Both the position numbers and the translations under genes were made by a program. Below, in pieces: positions 43,765 through 53,600 of a stretch of 64,000 bases of DNA (its first letter is position 1; every line of letters starts with the position of its first letter). Origin of the DNA: Bacilli bacterium. GTDB lineage: Bacteria > Bacillota_I > Bacilli_A > RFN20 > CAG-826. The stretch is taken from positions 31-64,030 of the forward strand of contig DASRNI010000002.1 in NCBI GenBank assembly GCA_035647455.1, written 5' to 3'. The notes beneath the pieces are model-generated. The model was not told the DNA's origin, did no database searches, and saw only the letters and a list, made by a program, of their open reading frames with translations.

Positions 43765-45201
43765 ATGGAAGTAAGACTTGATAATCTTTCGAAACACTTC
43801 CCTGGGACAAAAGGCAAGCCCGTAGTTAAAGCTGTCGACAAAATGGATATTGTTATTCCAGACGGTAAACTAGTCGGTCTCCTTGGCCCTTCGGGATGTG
43901 GAAAATCGACAACTCTCTACATGATTGCAGGGTTGCATGAACCTACTGAAGGTAAAATTTGGTTTGGTGATCGCGATGTCACCGAAATTCCACCGGAAAA
44001 CCGGGGAATCGGACTCGTGTTCCAAAACTATGCACTGTATCCACATTTTACAGTACGTCAGAACATCACATTTCCACTCGAAAACGTGCGCCCACGTTTG
44101 GAAAAAAAAGAAATGGAAATTGTTGCCCAAGAAATCGCTAATCTAGTCGATATTGGCCAACTACTTGACCGCAAACCGAAAGAACTATCGGGTGGTCAAC
44201 AGCAGCGTGTCGCCATTGCGCGTGCACTTGCCAAACGCCCCCAAGTTCTACTCTTAGACGAACCGTTAAGTAACCTTGACGCCCGGCTAAGACTGCAAAC
44301 GCGGGAAGAAATTCGCCGGATTCAACGTGATACAAACGTTACAACAATCTTTGTTACGCATGACCAAGAAGAAGCGATGAGTATTAGTGACTCAATCGTT
44401 GTTATGCGCAAAGGTGTCGTCCATCAAATTGATGCACCACAAGTTGTTTATGAAGAACCGGTTGATTTATTCGTTGCCAAGTTTCTTGGTTCACCAGCAA
44501 TTAATATTTTTGCGGGCGAAATGAGTGGCGGCAACGTTAAACTTCATGGTAAAGTTTACGCTAAAGGCCATAAGTCTAAAGGTAAATTCGACTTAACTGA
44601 TGAACGGATTTATGACGTTCTAGTTCAAGATGGTTATAAACTCACCAAAGAACATTACTTCGCAAGTATCGGTGTTCATTATGAAGCACCAGAAGTTGAA
44701 GAAGTTGTTGAAGAAGTTGTTGAAGAAGAACCGAAAAAATTCCTTGAAAAAGTTAGTGACTTCTTCGCGAAAGTTAAAGGTGTCTTTACACGTAAAGAAA
44801 AATTACCGGAAGTTACTTTTGTTGAATTAGATGAACCATTAACATGGGAATATATTTTTGATGTCGCCCTTGCGGGTGGCTATTATGAAAACTTTGAACA
44901 CTTCCAAGAAGAATACGGTAAGATTCTTGTCGCGGATGGTGTTGATCGTGAGATTAAGATTGGTGTTCGCCCCGAAGCGTTCTCACTTGATCCAACTGAC
45001 AACCCACCAATTAGTGTTGAAGTTAAGTTTATTGAACATATCGGTCGCGACATTACAATTGTCGGTAACGTTTTAGGTCAAACACACGGCTTACGCGTTA
45101 TTATTCCGGCTGAACAACGTCATCGTGTTAAAGGGGACATTATTGAAGTTTATCCAAAGCGTTTCTATTTATTTGACGCAGATGGATCACGCTTAATTTA
45201 G
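43765..45201 (+). CDS. ABC transporter ATP-binding protein, MalK/MsmX/UgpC type, with an insertion of about 120 aa in the C-terminal regulatory domain
   Basis: GPSGCGKST Walker A, LSGGQQQRVAIARAL signature, LLLDEPLSNLD Walker B. ATG 43765 follows GGAGGAA. 478 aa, versus roughly 370 for typical members. Confidence 0.85.
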   Translation: MEVRLDNLSKHFPGTKGKPVVKAVDKMDIVIPDGKLVGLLGPSGCGKSTTLYMIAGLHEPTEGKIWFGDRDVTEIPPENRGIGLVFQNYALYPHFTVRQNITFPLENVRPRLEKKEMEIVAQEIANLVDIGQLLDRKPKELSGGQQQRVAIARALAKRPQVLLLDEPLSNLDARLRLQTREEIRRIQRDTNVTTIFVTHDQEEAMSISDSIVVMRKGVVHQIDAPQVVYEEPVDLFVAKFLGSPAINIFAGEMSGGNVKLHGKVYAKGHKSKGKFDLTDERIYDVLVQDGYKLTKEHYFASIGVHYEAPEVEEVVEEVVEEEPKKFLEKVSDFFAKVKGVFTRKEKLPEVTFVELDEPLTWEYIFDVALAGGYYENFEHFQEEYGKILVADGVDREIKIGVRPEAFSLDPTDNPPISVEVKFIEHIGRDITIVGNVLGQTHGLRVIIPAEQRHRVKGDIIEVYPKRFYLFDADGSRLI

Positions 45202-45212
45202 AGGCTTATAAA

Positions 45213-46376
45213 ATGAGCAACAAAAAAACAAAGGATGTAGAAGTGAAAAAGGACCAAGTGCAACCAGTTAATCACTTACAAGACGATGTCGCGTTCTTAG
45301 AACGTGGCCCGATGCAAGTAAGAAGAAACATTGCCGTTCCGAACTGGGTTAAAGTTTTACTCGCTCTTACCCCAGCGCTTATTTTCTTACTCCTTTTTAC
45401 AATTTACCCAATATTTAACACAACGATGATTAGTTTTATCGAGAATTTTGCATGGCAAGATGGCATGGGTAGTTTTGCAATTAGTAACTATCGGCAACAG
45501 TTAAGTTTCTTTGAGAACTTTGACGAATGGAAAGCTTATTATGAAGCTGTTGATCCCGATAAAATTTTCACACGTCCGCTGAAGCCGATTTTTTCATTCG
45601 ATAATTTCCGGCGCGTAATCGCGGACACAGCATTCCATAATGCGTTACTAAACACTGCAATTCTTACGATTATTAGTGTGCCGCTAACAATTATTATTTC
45701 ACTGTTACTTGCTGTTTCGCTAAATTCAATTAAACCATTACGCGGGATGTATCAAACGATTTTCTTCTTACCATACGTTACGAATACAATTGCGTTAGGG
45801 ATGGTTTTTAACACACTGTTCTCTCACCAAACCGGGGGACTAATGAACCAAGTGATGCAATTTTTCGGCGCTAAGCCGGTTGCCTGGATTCGCTTTGGTT
45901 TACCGGAAAGCGACACATTTGTTCCCGCGAGTAAACTTTCGCTTGGGATTGCGATTGTTGTCGAATCAATCTGGGCCGGGATTGCCTTTAAGATTCTTGT
46001 CTTTATGGCTGGTCTTGCTAGTATTGATAAACAATATTACGACGCGGCGCGGATTGACGGTACAAAACGCGGACGGATCTTCCGTAAAATTACGGTTCCT
46101 TTATTAAGTCCGCAAATTTTATACATTACGATTACGTCATTTATCGGTTCGTTTAAGGCATATCAAAACATTATTGCTTTAGTTGGTAAAAGCGCGATCG
46201 ACTTTGGGGGTACAGACGGCAGACTTTGGTTAACAGTTGTCGGTTATGTTTACCGTTATCGTATCCACAGTAATACTCTTCCCCTTGCTGCAGCGGGCTC
46301 GATAGTTTTACTCGGAGTAATTTTATTAATTACGCTCGTGCAAATGCAAGTATCAAAACGAAGGGTTCACTACTAG
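45213..46376 (+). CDS. ABC sugar-type permease (MalF/UgpA-like)
   Basis: Polytopic protein with the EAA loop YDAARIDGTKRGRIFRKITVPLLSP. Confidence 0.85.
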   Translation: MSNKKTKDVEVKKDQVQPVNHLQDDVAFLERGPMQVRRNIAVPNWVKVLLALTPALIFLLLFTIYPIFNTTMISFIENFAWQDGMGSFAISNYRQQLSFFENFDEWKAYYEAVDPDKIFTRPLKPIFSFDNFRRVIADTAFHNALLNTAILTIISVPLTIIISLLLAVSLNSIKPLRGMYQTIFFLPYVTNTIALGMVFNTLFSHQTGGLMNQVMQFFGAKPVAWIRFGLPESDTFVPASKLSLGIAIVVESIWAGIAFKILVFMAGLASIDKQYYDAARIDGTKRGRIFRKITVPLLSPQILYITITSFIGSFKAYQNIIALVGKSAIDFGGTDGRLWLTVVGYVYRYRIHSNTLPLAAAGSIVLLGVILLITLVQMQVSKRRVHY

Positions 46377-46385
46377 GAGGAAGTT

Positions 46386-47459
46386 ATGGAAAAGAATAAA
46401 GCAAAAGAACTTGATTTAGCGTTAACCGCTGAAGAAAAAGCCGTTTTAGCTGAAACGGGTAGCTATGACCATGATGACCGCTTTGAACCGACATTTGAAA
46501 AGGCGAAAGATTATCGCACGGCGAAAATCATTGCCAAAATTATTACGTACGGTTTCTTAACATTATTCTCACTATTTATGTTATTACCGTTCGTCTTTAT
46601 GATTACAGTTTCGCTGAAGTCACCAGTTGAGTACCAACGCGAAATTTCACAAACGTTAACTTTACTGACAAATAATCCAACGTTAGTAAACTTCAAAATT
46701 ATTTTAGGGGGAAATATTGAGGGCAGTGCGCTCCATCTACTCCCGGAAGAATTACTCGATATCGTTGGAAACGAAGCACGTCGAGTTAACTTTACGCCAT
46801 ACTTTATTAACACTGCTTTTGTTGCGGTAATTTCGACAATCTTCACGATTGCGACGACAGTTCTCGCCTCATTTGCGTTTGCGCGTCTTGAATTTAAGAG
46901 CAAAAACTTCTTATTTGCTGTGTTACTCGCAACAATGATGGTTCCTGGCGAAATTATGTTAATTACAAACTATCAAACAGCAGTTGGGATTGGTTGGGAT
47001 AATACGTTCGCTGCCCTGATCTTTGTGCACGGTGTTAGTGTCTTCTATATCTTTTACTTAAGACAAACATTCCAGCAAATTCCGAACGAACTATTCTTAG
47101 CTTCGAAAGTTGACGGCTACGGTGAATATAATTACTTATGGCGGGTGATGATTCCAATTGCGATGCCAACAATTGTGACGATTACAATTTTAAACGTCAT
47201 GGGTAGTTGGAACGCCTTTATGTGGCCAACACTTATTGCCTCAGGCAACAACAAATTTATTAAAGAACACTTCGGCTATGAACATACGATGCGGCTTGTT
47301 AGTAACGGTCTAATGAGTCTCTTCTCAAGTGACTTTAGCGATTATGACACGGTCAAGATTGCTGGGTCGATGGTCATTAGTGCGCCGCTCTTACTTGTCT
47401 TTATTTTATTTAGACAATACATTATGCGCGGTGTTTCACGAAGTGGAATTAAAGGTTAA
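46386..47459 (+). CDS. ABC sugar-type permease (MalG/UgpE-like)
   Basis: Polytopic protein with the EAA loop ASKVDGYGEYNYLWRVMIPIAMPT. Confidence 0.85.
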   Translation: MEKNKAKELDLALTAEEKAVLAETGSYDHDDRFEPTFEKAKDYRTAKIIAKIITYGFLTLFSLFMLLPFVFMITVSLKSPVEYQREISQTLTLLTNNPTLVNFKIILGGNIEGSALHLLPEELLDIVGNEARRVNFTPYFINTAFVAVISTIFTIATTVLASFAFARLEFKSKNFLFAVLLATMMVPGEIMLITNYQTAVGIGWDNTFAALIFVHGVSVFYIFYLRQTFQQIPNELFLASKVDGYGEYNYLWRVMIPIAMPTIVTITILNVMGSWNAFMWPTLIASGNNKFIKEHFGYEHTMRLVSNGLMSLFSSDFSDYDTVKIAGSMVISAPLLLVFILFRQYIMRGVSRSGIKG

Positions 47460-47486
47460 ATTTTAAAAAAAAGAAAGGAAAGAAAA

Positions 47487-49079
47487 ATGAAAAATAAAAA
47501 ATCTTTATTTATGACAGTCACATTTCTCGCTCTCGGAGCATTAGTTGGTTGTAAAAAGTTACCGCCTCCACCACCGGTAGTCAGTAGTGGTATTGAAAGC
47601 AGTGAACCTGGTGAAGTGACCGAGCGGACTGAGATTGAATTTTGGACGGGATTTGGTGCCGCAGTAAATAATGTTCTTGAACCGTTAATTGAACGTTTCG
47701 AAACCGAAAACCCGAATATTAAAGTTGATTATGAAACAAAACAAGGTTATGACAACTTAACAACGGCAATTAAACAGTCAGTTAGCAACCGTAAATATCC
47801 CCATATTGCCAACGGTTATCCTGATCACTTTGCTGACTATGCAAACTCAAGCGTTTTACTAAACCTTGATAACAATAACTACATCAATAACCCGAACCAT
47901 GGTGTTGATATCGATCGTTATTATGATGACTTCATGGTTGAAAACAAGACGATTATTGACGGTTACACTGTTGGTTTACCGTTTAATAAGTCAACCGAGA
48001 TTTTAGTTGCAAACCAAAGCTTCTTTGATGTTGCAAATAAACTTGACCCAACGGTTAAAGTGCCAGAAACATGGCAGGAATTAGCAGTAATTGGGCCAAA
48101 ACTTAAGCAAATCGCCATTGATAATGGTTGGTTTGGGAAACTCGTTAAGGATGACGGAACAACGATGAATAAACCACTTGATCCAACCGAACAATCACTT
48201 CGCGACACCGCCTTTGATATGACGAACGTTAATGACCCGAAAAACTTCATTCCCTTTAACTGGGATTCAAAGTCAAACTTCTTCATTACAATTTTACGGC
48301 AGTGGGACAGTGTTTATACCGAACGCGGACAAGACTTCCATACTGGTTATGTCCGTTTCCAAGAAGCCGAAAACAAAGACAAAACAGTTGCAGCGCTCCA
48401 ATTTATGCAAGACTTATTTAATGCTAACGTCATTGGTATTCCAGACACATTTGGTGAAGGACTTTACGGTTCAAAACCATTTAGGGAAGGAAGAACAGTA
48501 TTAACAATTAGTAGTTCCGCCGGAATTAAAGAAAACGTTCCTAACGCGAACGAATATAAGTTCGACGTTTCCGTTAATCCAATTTTATACAATGCCGAGC
48601 AACCTAACCGCAAAGCGGTTATTTCGCAAGGGACAAACTTAGCGCTCTTCACGCAAGGTGATGCCCGTACAGACAAAGGTAAAAACGAGCGTCTTGCCGC
48701 ATGGAAATTACTCCGTTTCTTAACGTACGAAGTAAATCATGAATTCGGTAAAGGCACAAGTTACTTCCCAGTTACTGACGGTAGTAAACTTAGCGAAGGC
48801 GAAGAAGGCTACGAAGATTACGTCTTATACCGTAACTTCCTTGATAGTGAAGGTGGTACACTGAACGATATCGCCATTCGTGATACAGCAAACGTCAACG
48901 ACGCTATTTACATGCCAGAAGAACACAATTGGATTAAATTCGTTGATCCAGCCTTTATTGGCTCGACCGAAATTCGTGCGGAAATCGAAAACGCAATGAG
49001 TTATTTATTTGATGGTGATACACCAGAACAAGTTATTAATAAATTAATTAATGATTTACCAACTTATGTTCAAAAATAA
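47487..49079 (+). CDS. Extracellular solute-binding lipoprotein (family 1, CUT1 type)
   Basis: Lipobox ALVGC. IEFWTGFG...LIERFETENPNIKVDYE typical of sugar-binding proteins. 530 aa. Confidence 0.8.
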   Translation: MKNKKSLFMTVTFLALGALVGCKKLPPPPPVVSSGIESSEPGEVTERTEIEFWTGFGAAVNNVLEPLIERFETENPNIKVDYETKQGYDNLTTAIKQSVSNRKYPHIANGYPDHFADYANSSVLLNLDNNNYINNPNHGVDIDRYYDDFMVENKTIIDGYTVGLPFNKSTEILVANQSFFDVANKLDPTVKVPETWQELAVIGPKLKQIAIDNGWFGKLVKDDGTTMNKPLDPTEQSLRDTAFDMTNVNDPKNFIPFNWDSKSNFFITILRQWDSVYTERGQDFHTGYVRFQEAENKDKTVAALQFMQDLFNANVIGIPDTFGEGLYGSKPFREGRTVLTISSSAGIKENVPNANEYKFDVSVNPILYNAEQPNRKAVISQGTNLALFTQGDARTDKGKNERLAAWKLLRFLTYEVNHEFGKGTSYFPVTDGSKLSEGEEGYEDYVLYRNFLDSEGGTLNDIAIRDTANVNDAIYMPEEHNWIKFVDPAFIGSTEIRAEIENAMSYLFDGDTPEQVINKLINDLPTYVQK

Positions 49080-49097
49080 TAAAATAAGGAGAAAAAC

Positions 49098-50441
49098 ATG
49101 AAAAACAATTTTAAAAAGTTTGGTGTAATGCTCTTAGCATTATTACTTGTTGTTGGTTGTAATAATGGTGAAGAATCTTCCGTAGATAAATCATCAGAAC
49201 CCGACACATCAGAATCAGTGTCAACTTCTGAACCAATAACAAGTGAATCAAGTGAAGAAGAACAACGTGAACCAGTCACAGCCGATGAATTTGCGATTGC
49301 ATTTAACGAAATTGCTTTATCAGTTCCATTAGTCGTTGATAAAACACGCGGAACAACAATTTATGGTAACGCATATCGTAATAAATACGGCCTTCCGGTT
49401 CCCGATTTATCAGATGGTAATGATTTTATTCTTACCACAAGCGGACTCTTCTATTATGAAGATGACGACAACGAAGTTTATATCGATGCCCCATACACTG
49501 TTACATGGTCATACGTTGAAGCAGCAGGTTATGCGGAATTCGAATTCGAAACCGATGATAACGGCGTTTTAACCGCAACACCTGGCTATCCAACTTATAA
49601 GCCAGAATATGACGGTGGTGGTAACCCATTACACGAAGTACCGGCGAAAAAACCTGGCCGCTTAGTTGCCGAAATTCATATGGACGGCCATAAGAAGAAA
49701 ACAAACTTCGATATGTACTTAATGCCAATTGAACTGATTGAATGGTATCGCATTCGTGATGTTCGCGACTTACCGATTAGCACTTTAATTGGTGTTCGTG
49801 GTTACGTTACGGGAATTTTCCCCGACTGGAATAACGCGACAATTAACGATGGTAAAGTCGGCTTCGGTCTCTTTAAGGTCCAAGATTATCGCGACTTATT
49901 TGCCGTCGGTGATTTAATCGAAGCAGTTGGTCAATTTACAGCGTATAACGGCTTATACCAAATTCAATGGATTAAGAGCGTTAAAAAAGTTAGCCCAACT
50001 GACTACCCAGAAATTGCTAAACCAGCATGGAAAGAATTCACAACCGATGAATTAGCCGATCAAATGGATCGCGCTGGTGACGACTTGTTTGGCCCACTCC
50101 AAGACTATGATGGTGCGCTTATTAAGTTTGACAAACCATTCAGAATGGTTGAAGTCAAAGACCGCGACAATAAAGTTATCGATGTTTCCGAAATGGACAT
50201 TACCGGTAAATATCATACCGACATTTATGTCGAAGCTGATACAACCGACTATCCATTACGTGAGAAAGTAACGATTAAACTTTCAATCAACTACCATATG
50301 GGTGGTGATAACCAGAAAGATATTCGTGACTTCTTTATGGAACATGGCAATGCCCCGTTCTATTATGAAGGCCACTTAGGTGCGTATAACGAGTTCGTTT
50401 TAGCCCCTTACGGTGGAGATACTTTAGTCTTAGCTGATTAA
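49098..50441 (+). CDS. Lipoprotein of unknown function with an OB-fold-like module
   Basis: Lipobox LVVGC and an acidic Ser/Glu linker. Residues about 215-300 (VRGYVTGIF...INDGKVGFGLF...GDLIEAVGQFTAYNGLYQIQ) resemble the OB module at the N-terminus of extracellular nucleases. No catalytic motif recognised. Confidence 0.5.
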   Translation: MKNNFKKFGVMLLALLLVVGCNNGEESSVDKSSEPDTSESVSTSEPITSESSEEEQREPVTADEFAIAFNEIALSVPLVVDKTRGTTIYGNAYRNKYGLPVPDLSDGNDFILTTSGLFYYEDDDNEVYIDAPYTVTWSYVEAAGYAEFEFETDDNGVLTATPGYPTYKPEYDGGGNPLHEVPAKKPGRLVAEIHMDGHKKKTNFDMYLMPIELIEWYRIRDVRDLPISTLIGVRGYVTGIFPDWNNATINDGKVGFGLFKVQDYRDLFAVGDLIEAVGQFTAYNGLYQIQWIKSVKKVSPTDYPEIAKPAWKEFTTDELADQMDRAGDDLFGPLQDYDGALIKFDKPFRMVEVKDRDNKVIDVSEMDITGKYHTDIYVEADTTDYPLREKVTIKLSINYHMGGDNQKDIRDFFMEHGNAPFYYEGHLGAYNEFVLAPYGGDTLVLAD

Positions 50442-50462
50442 GCAAAAGAAGAATCTAACTTA

Positions 50463-50488
50463 AACCCCAGGCAACCCTGGGGTTTTTT
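50463..50488 (+). terminator. Rho-independent terminator after the ABC operon
   Basis: AACCCCAGG-CAAC-CCTGGGGTT followed by a T run. Confidence 0.85.
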
Positions 50489-50583
50489 AAATGCCCAAAA
50501 GACTGAATATCGGTAAAATTACCCCAATTTATGTAAAGGCTTTCATAAAAGTCGATTAAATCGGTAAATTTTTACAATAACGC

Positions 50584-50612
50584 TTACAATTAGCGCCCTT
50601 ATTATTTATAAT
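50584..50612 (+). promoter_or_regulatory. Putative promoter of the PFOR gene
   Basis: TTACAA (50584-50589), 17 nt, TATAAT (50607-50612). Confidence 0.45.
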
Positions 50613-50646
50613 AATAAAGAATGTAAATTTAAAAGGAGGCTATATA

Positions 50647-53600
50647 ATGAGCGTTAAAAAAACATTTATGTCATTAGATGGTAATAGCGCAGCAGCTCGT
50701 GTTAGTTATTTATACACCGATATTGCAGCGATTTATCCAATTACACCATCATCAAACATGGCAGAACTTGTTGACTTATACTCGTCACAAGGAAAGTTGA
50801 ATTATTTTGGAAGTACAGTTAAAGTCACCGAAATGCAAAGTGAAGCCGGCGCCGCTGGTGCTGTTCACGGTAGTTTACAAGGTGGAACACTTGCGACAAC
50901 ATATACTGCTTCGCAAGGTTTACTTTTAATGCTCCCAAATATTTATAAATGGGTTGGTGAGCTTTTACCAGCCGTACTTCACGTTAGTGCACGAAGTATT
51001 GCTGCACGGTCACTTTCGATTTTTGGTGATCATCAAGATATTTATGCTGTCCGGCAAACCGGTGTCACAATGCTTGTGAGCCATAGTGTTCAAGAAGTCG
51101 CTGACTTAAGTCACGCTGCGCACTTAATCGCAATTGAAGCAAGTGCACCAATGCTCCATTTCTTTGATGGCTTTAGAACAAGTCACGAAATTCAAAACGT
51201 TGAAGTAGTGAGTGACGAAGAATGGCAAAAACTTTTACCAATTGATAAAATTGCTGAATTTAGAAGTCGCGCCCTTAACCCGCACACAAACCCGGTTACC
51301 CGTGGTGGTGCGGAAAATGATGACATTTCGTTCCAAGGTAAAGAAGCACAAAATACACATTACAATAACGTCTTAGGCGTTGCTGAAAAATATTTAGCGA
51401 AAGCAAGCGAATTAACCGGTCGCAATTACGCCCCATTTGTTTATTACGGTGCGAAAGATGCGACAAAAGTTATTATCGCAATGGGCAGTGTCACGGAAGC
51501 ACTTCTTGAAGTTGTCGATGACTTAAATAAAAAAGGCGAAAAAGTTGGTCTTGTTAAAGTTCATCTTTACCGCCCATTTGCGAATAATTTATTAGCCGAC
51601 GCTATCCCCGCGTCTGTTACACACATTGCTGTGCTTGATCGCACGAAAGAAGTTGGTGCCGTTGGTGAACCACTTTATGTTGATGTTGTTACTGCGCTTG
51701 AACAAGTTGGTCGTAAATTTACGAAAATTGTTGGTGGCCGTTACGGTATTAGTAGTCGTGATACGCAACCAAAACATTTAAAAGCCGTTTATGACCATTT
51801 AGATAAAGACTTATGGCATTCATTTACAATTGGTATTCATGATGACGTCACAAACTTAAGTGTGCCATGGGATGAAAGCTATCATATCGATAGTGGCCAC
51901 ACCGAATGTCTCTTTTACGGTTTAGGTAGTGACGGTACTGTCAGTGCCAACCGTTCAAGTATTCAAATTATCGGTGAAGCAACGGGACAATACGCCCAAG
52001 CCTACTTCGCATATGACTCGCGTAAAGCCGGCGGACCAACCCGCAGTTACTTACGGTTTGGGAAAACACCAATTCATTCAACTTATTACGTTGAAAATGC
52101 GAGCTTCATTAGCTGTTCGCAAGATTCATACTTATATAAATTTGATATGATTCGCTATTTAAAAAAGGGTGGAACATTTTTACTTAATACTTCACTAAGT
52201 GGTGAAGATTTAATTAATGCATTGCCCAACCGCGTTAAATACGGTTTAGCAACAAAGCAAGCAAAGTTCTTTGTCATTGATGCGAACAAGATTGCCCAAG
52301 AAATTGGTATGGGCCGTCACACGAACACAATATTACAATCGTCATTCTTCTACTTAAACGAACAAATTATGCCCTACGACGAGGCACTACGTTTAATGAA
52401 AGATTACGCTGAACAAACATATGGACGTAAAGGGGACGAAATCGTTAACCTTAACCACGAAGCAATTGATATGGGCAGCGAAGGCGTCAAAGAAGTTAAA
52501 GTTGACCCAGCATGGGCGAAACTTAAACCACTCCGTGTCGTTGAACTTTTAGGCGACCGTTACTTTGATGAATACGTTAACCCAATCGATAACTTAGAAG
52601 GTTATGATCTACCTGTTTCCCGCTTTACCGAGTGGGATCTGCTTGATGGTACGATGACCAATGATATTACGTTTAAACAAAAACGTAAAATCGCCGCCCA
52701 AGTTCCGCGCTGGATTAAAGAAAATTGTATTCAGTGTAATACATGTAGTTTAGTTTGTCCGCACGCGACAATTCGTCCGTTCCTCTTAACGCCAGAAGAA
52801 ATTGACGGATTACCGGAAAACGTAAAAGACGAACACGTCCAAGCGATGGGACCAACGGTTAAAGATTATCGTTTCCGCATTCAAGTTAGCCCAATGAACT
52901 GTGTCGGCTGTGCGCTTTGTGTAGTCACTTGTCCTGGCCGCGGTGGGAAAAAGGCGCTTGAAATGGTTGACGCCAAAACACAATATGAATTTGAACCAGC
53001 AGCTGACTATTTATATAAAGAAGTTAGCTACAAGAGCGGTCACTTCCCACTTACCACACCAAAAGGTGTCGGCTTCTTAATGCCGTACATGGAAATTAGT
53101 GGTGCATGTGCTGGTTGTGGTGAAACACCGTATTACCGACTCATTACCCAGCTCTTTGGCCGTGATATGCTTGTTGCAAACGCGACTGGCTGTTCGTCAA
53201 TTTACTGTGGCAGCGTCCCGGGAACACCGTTTACAACGAATAAAGATGGTGAAGGTGTTGCATGGGGTAACAGCTTATTTGAAGATAACGCTGAATACGG
53301 TTTCGGCATGCGCATCGCCCAAGATTACAAACTCGATTTAATTATCAAAATCATGAGTGAAGCAAAAGGTCACGTTGATGGTCGACTTGCGGAACTAATT
53401 GATGATTACGTTGTTAATTACAAAAACCGCGACCACGTTCGTGCTTACTTAAAAGAATTAGTTGCGCTCATTGAAAAGTCAGCGTACAAACCACTTCACG
53501 AAGTCTTAAAATATAAAGACGACATCTTAGATAAGTCTGTTTGGATTATCGGTGGTGACGGCTGGGCGTATGACATTGGTTACGGCGGACTTGATCACGT

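Noticed and set aside
44100-44108. An A8 homopolymer inside the ABC ATPase gene and a T8 run at about 55107-55114, as phase-variation switches.
   Set aside because: They are single short runs in an AT-rich genome. There is no evidence of alternative frames or of promoter-spacer placement that would make them functional switches.
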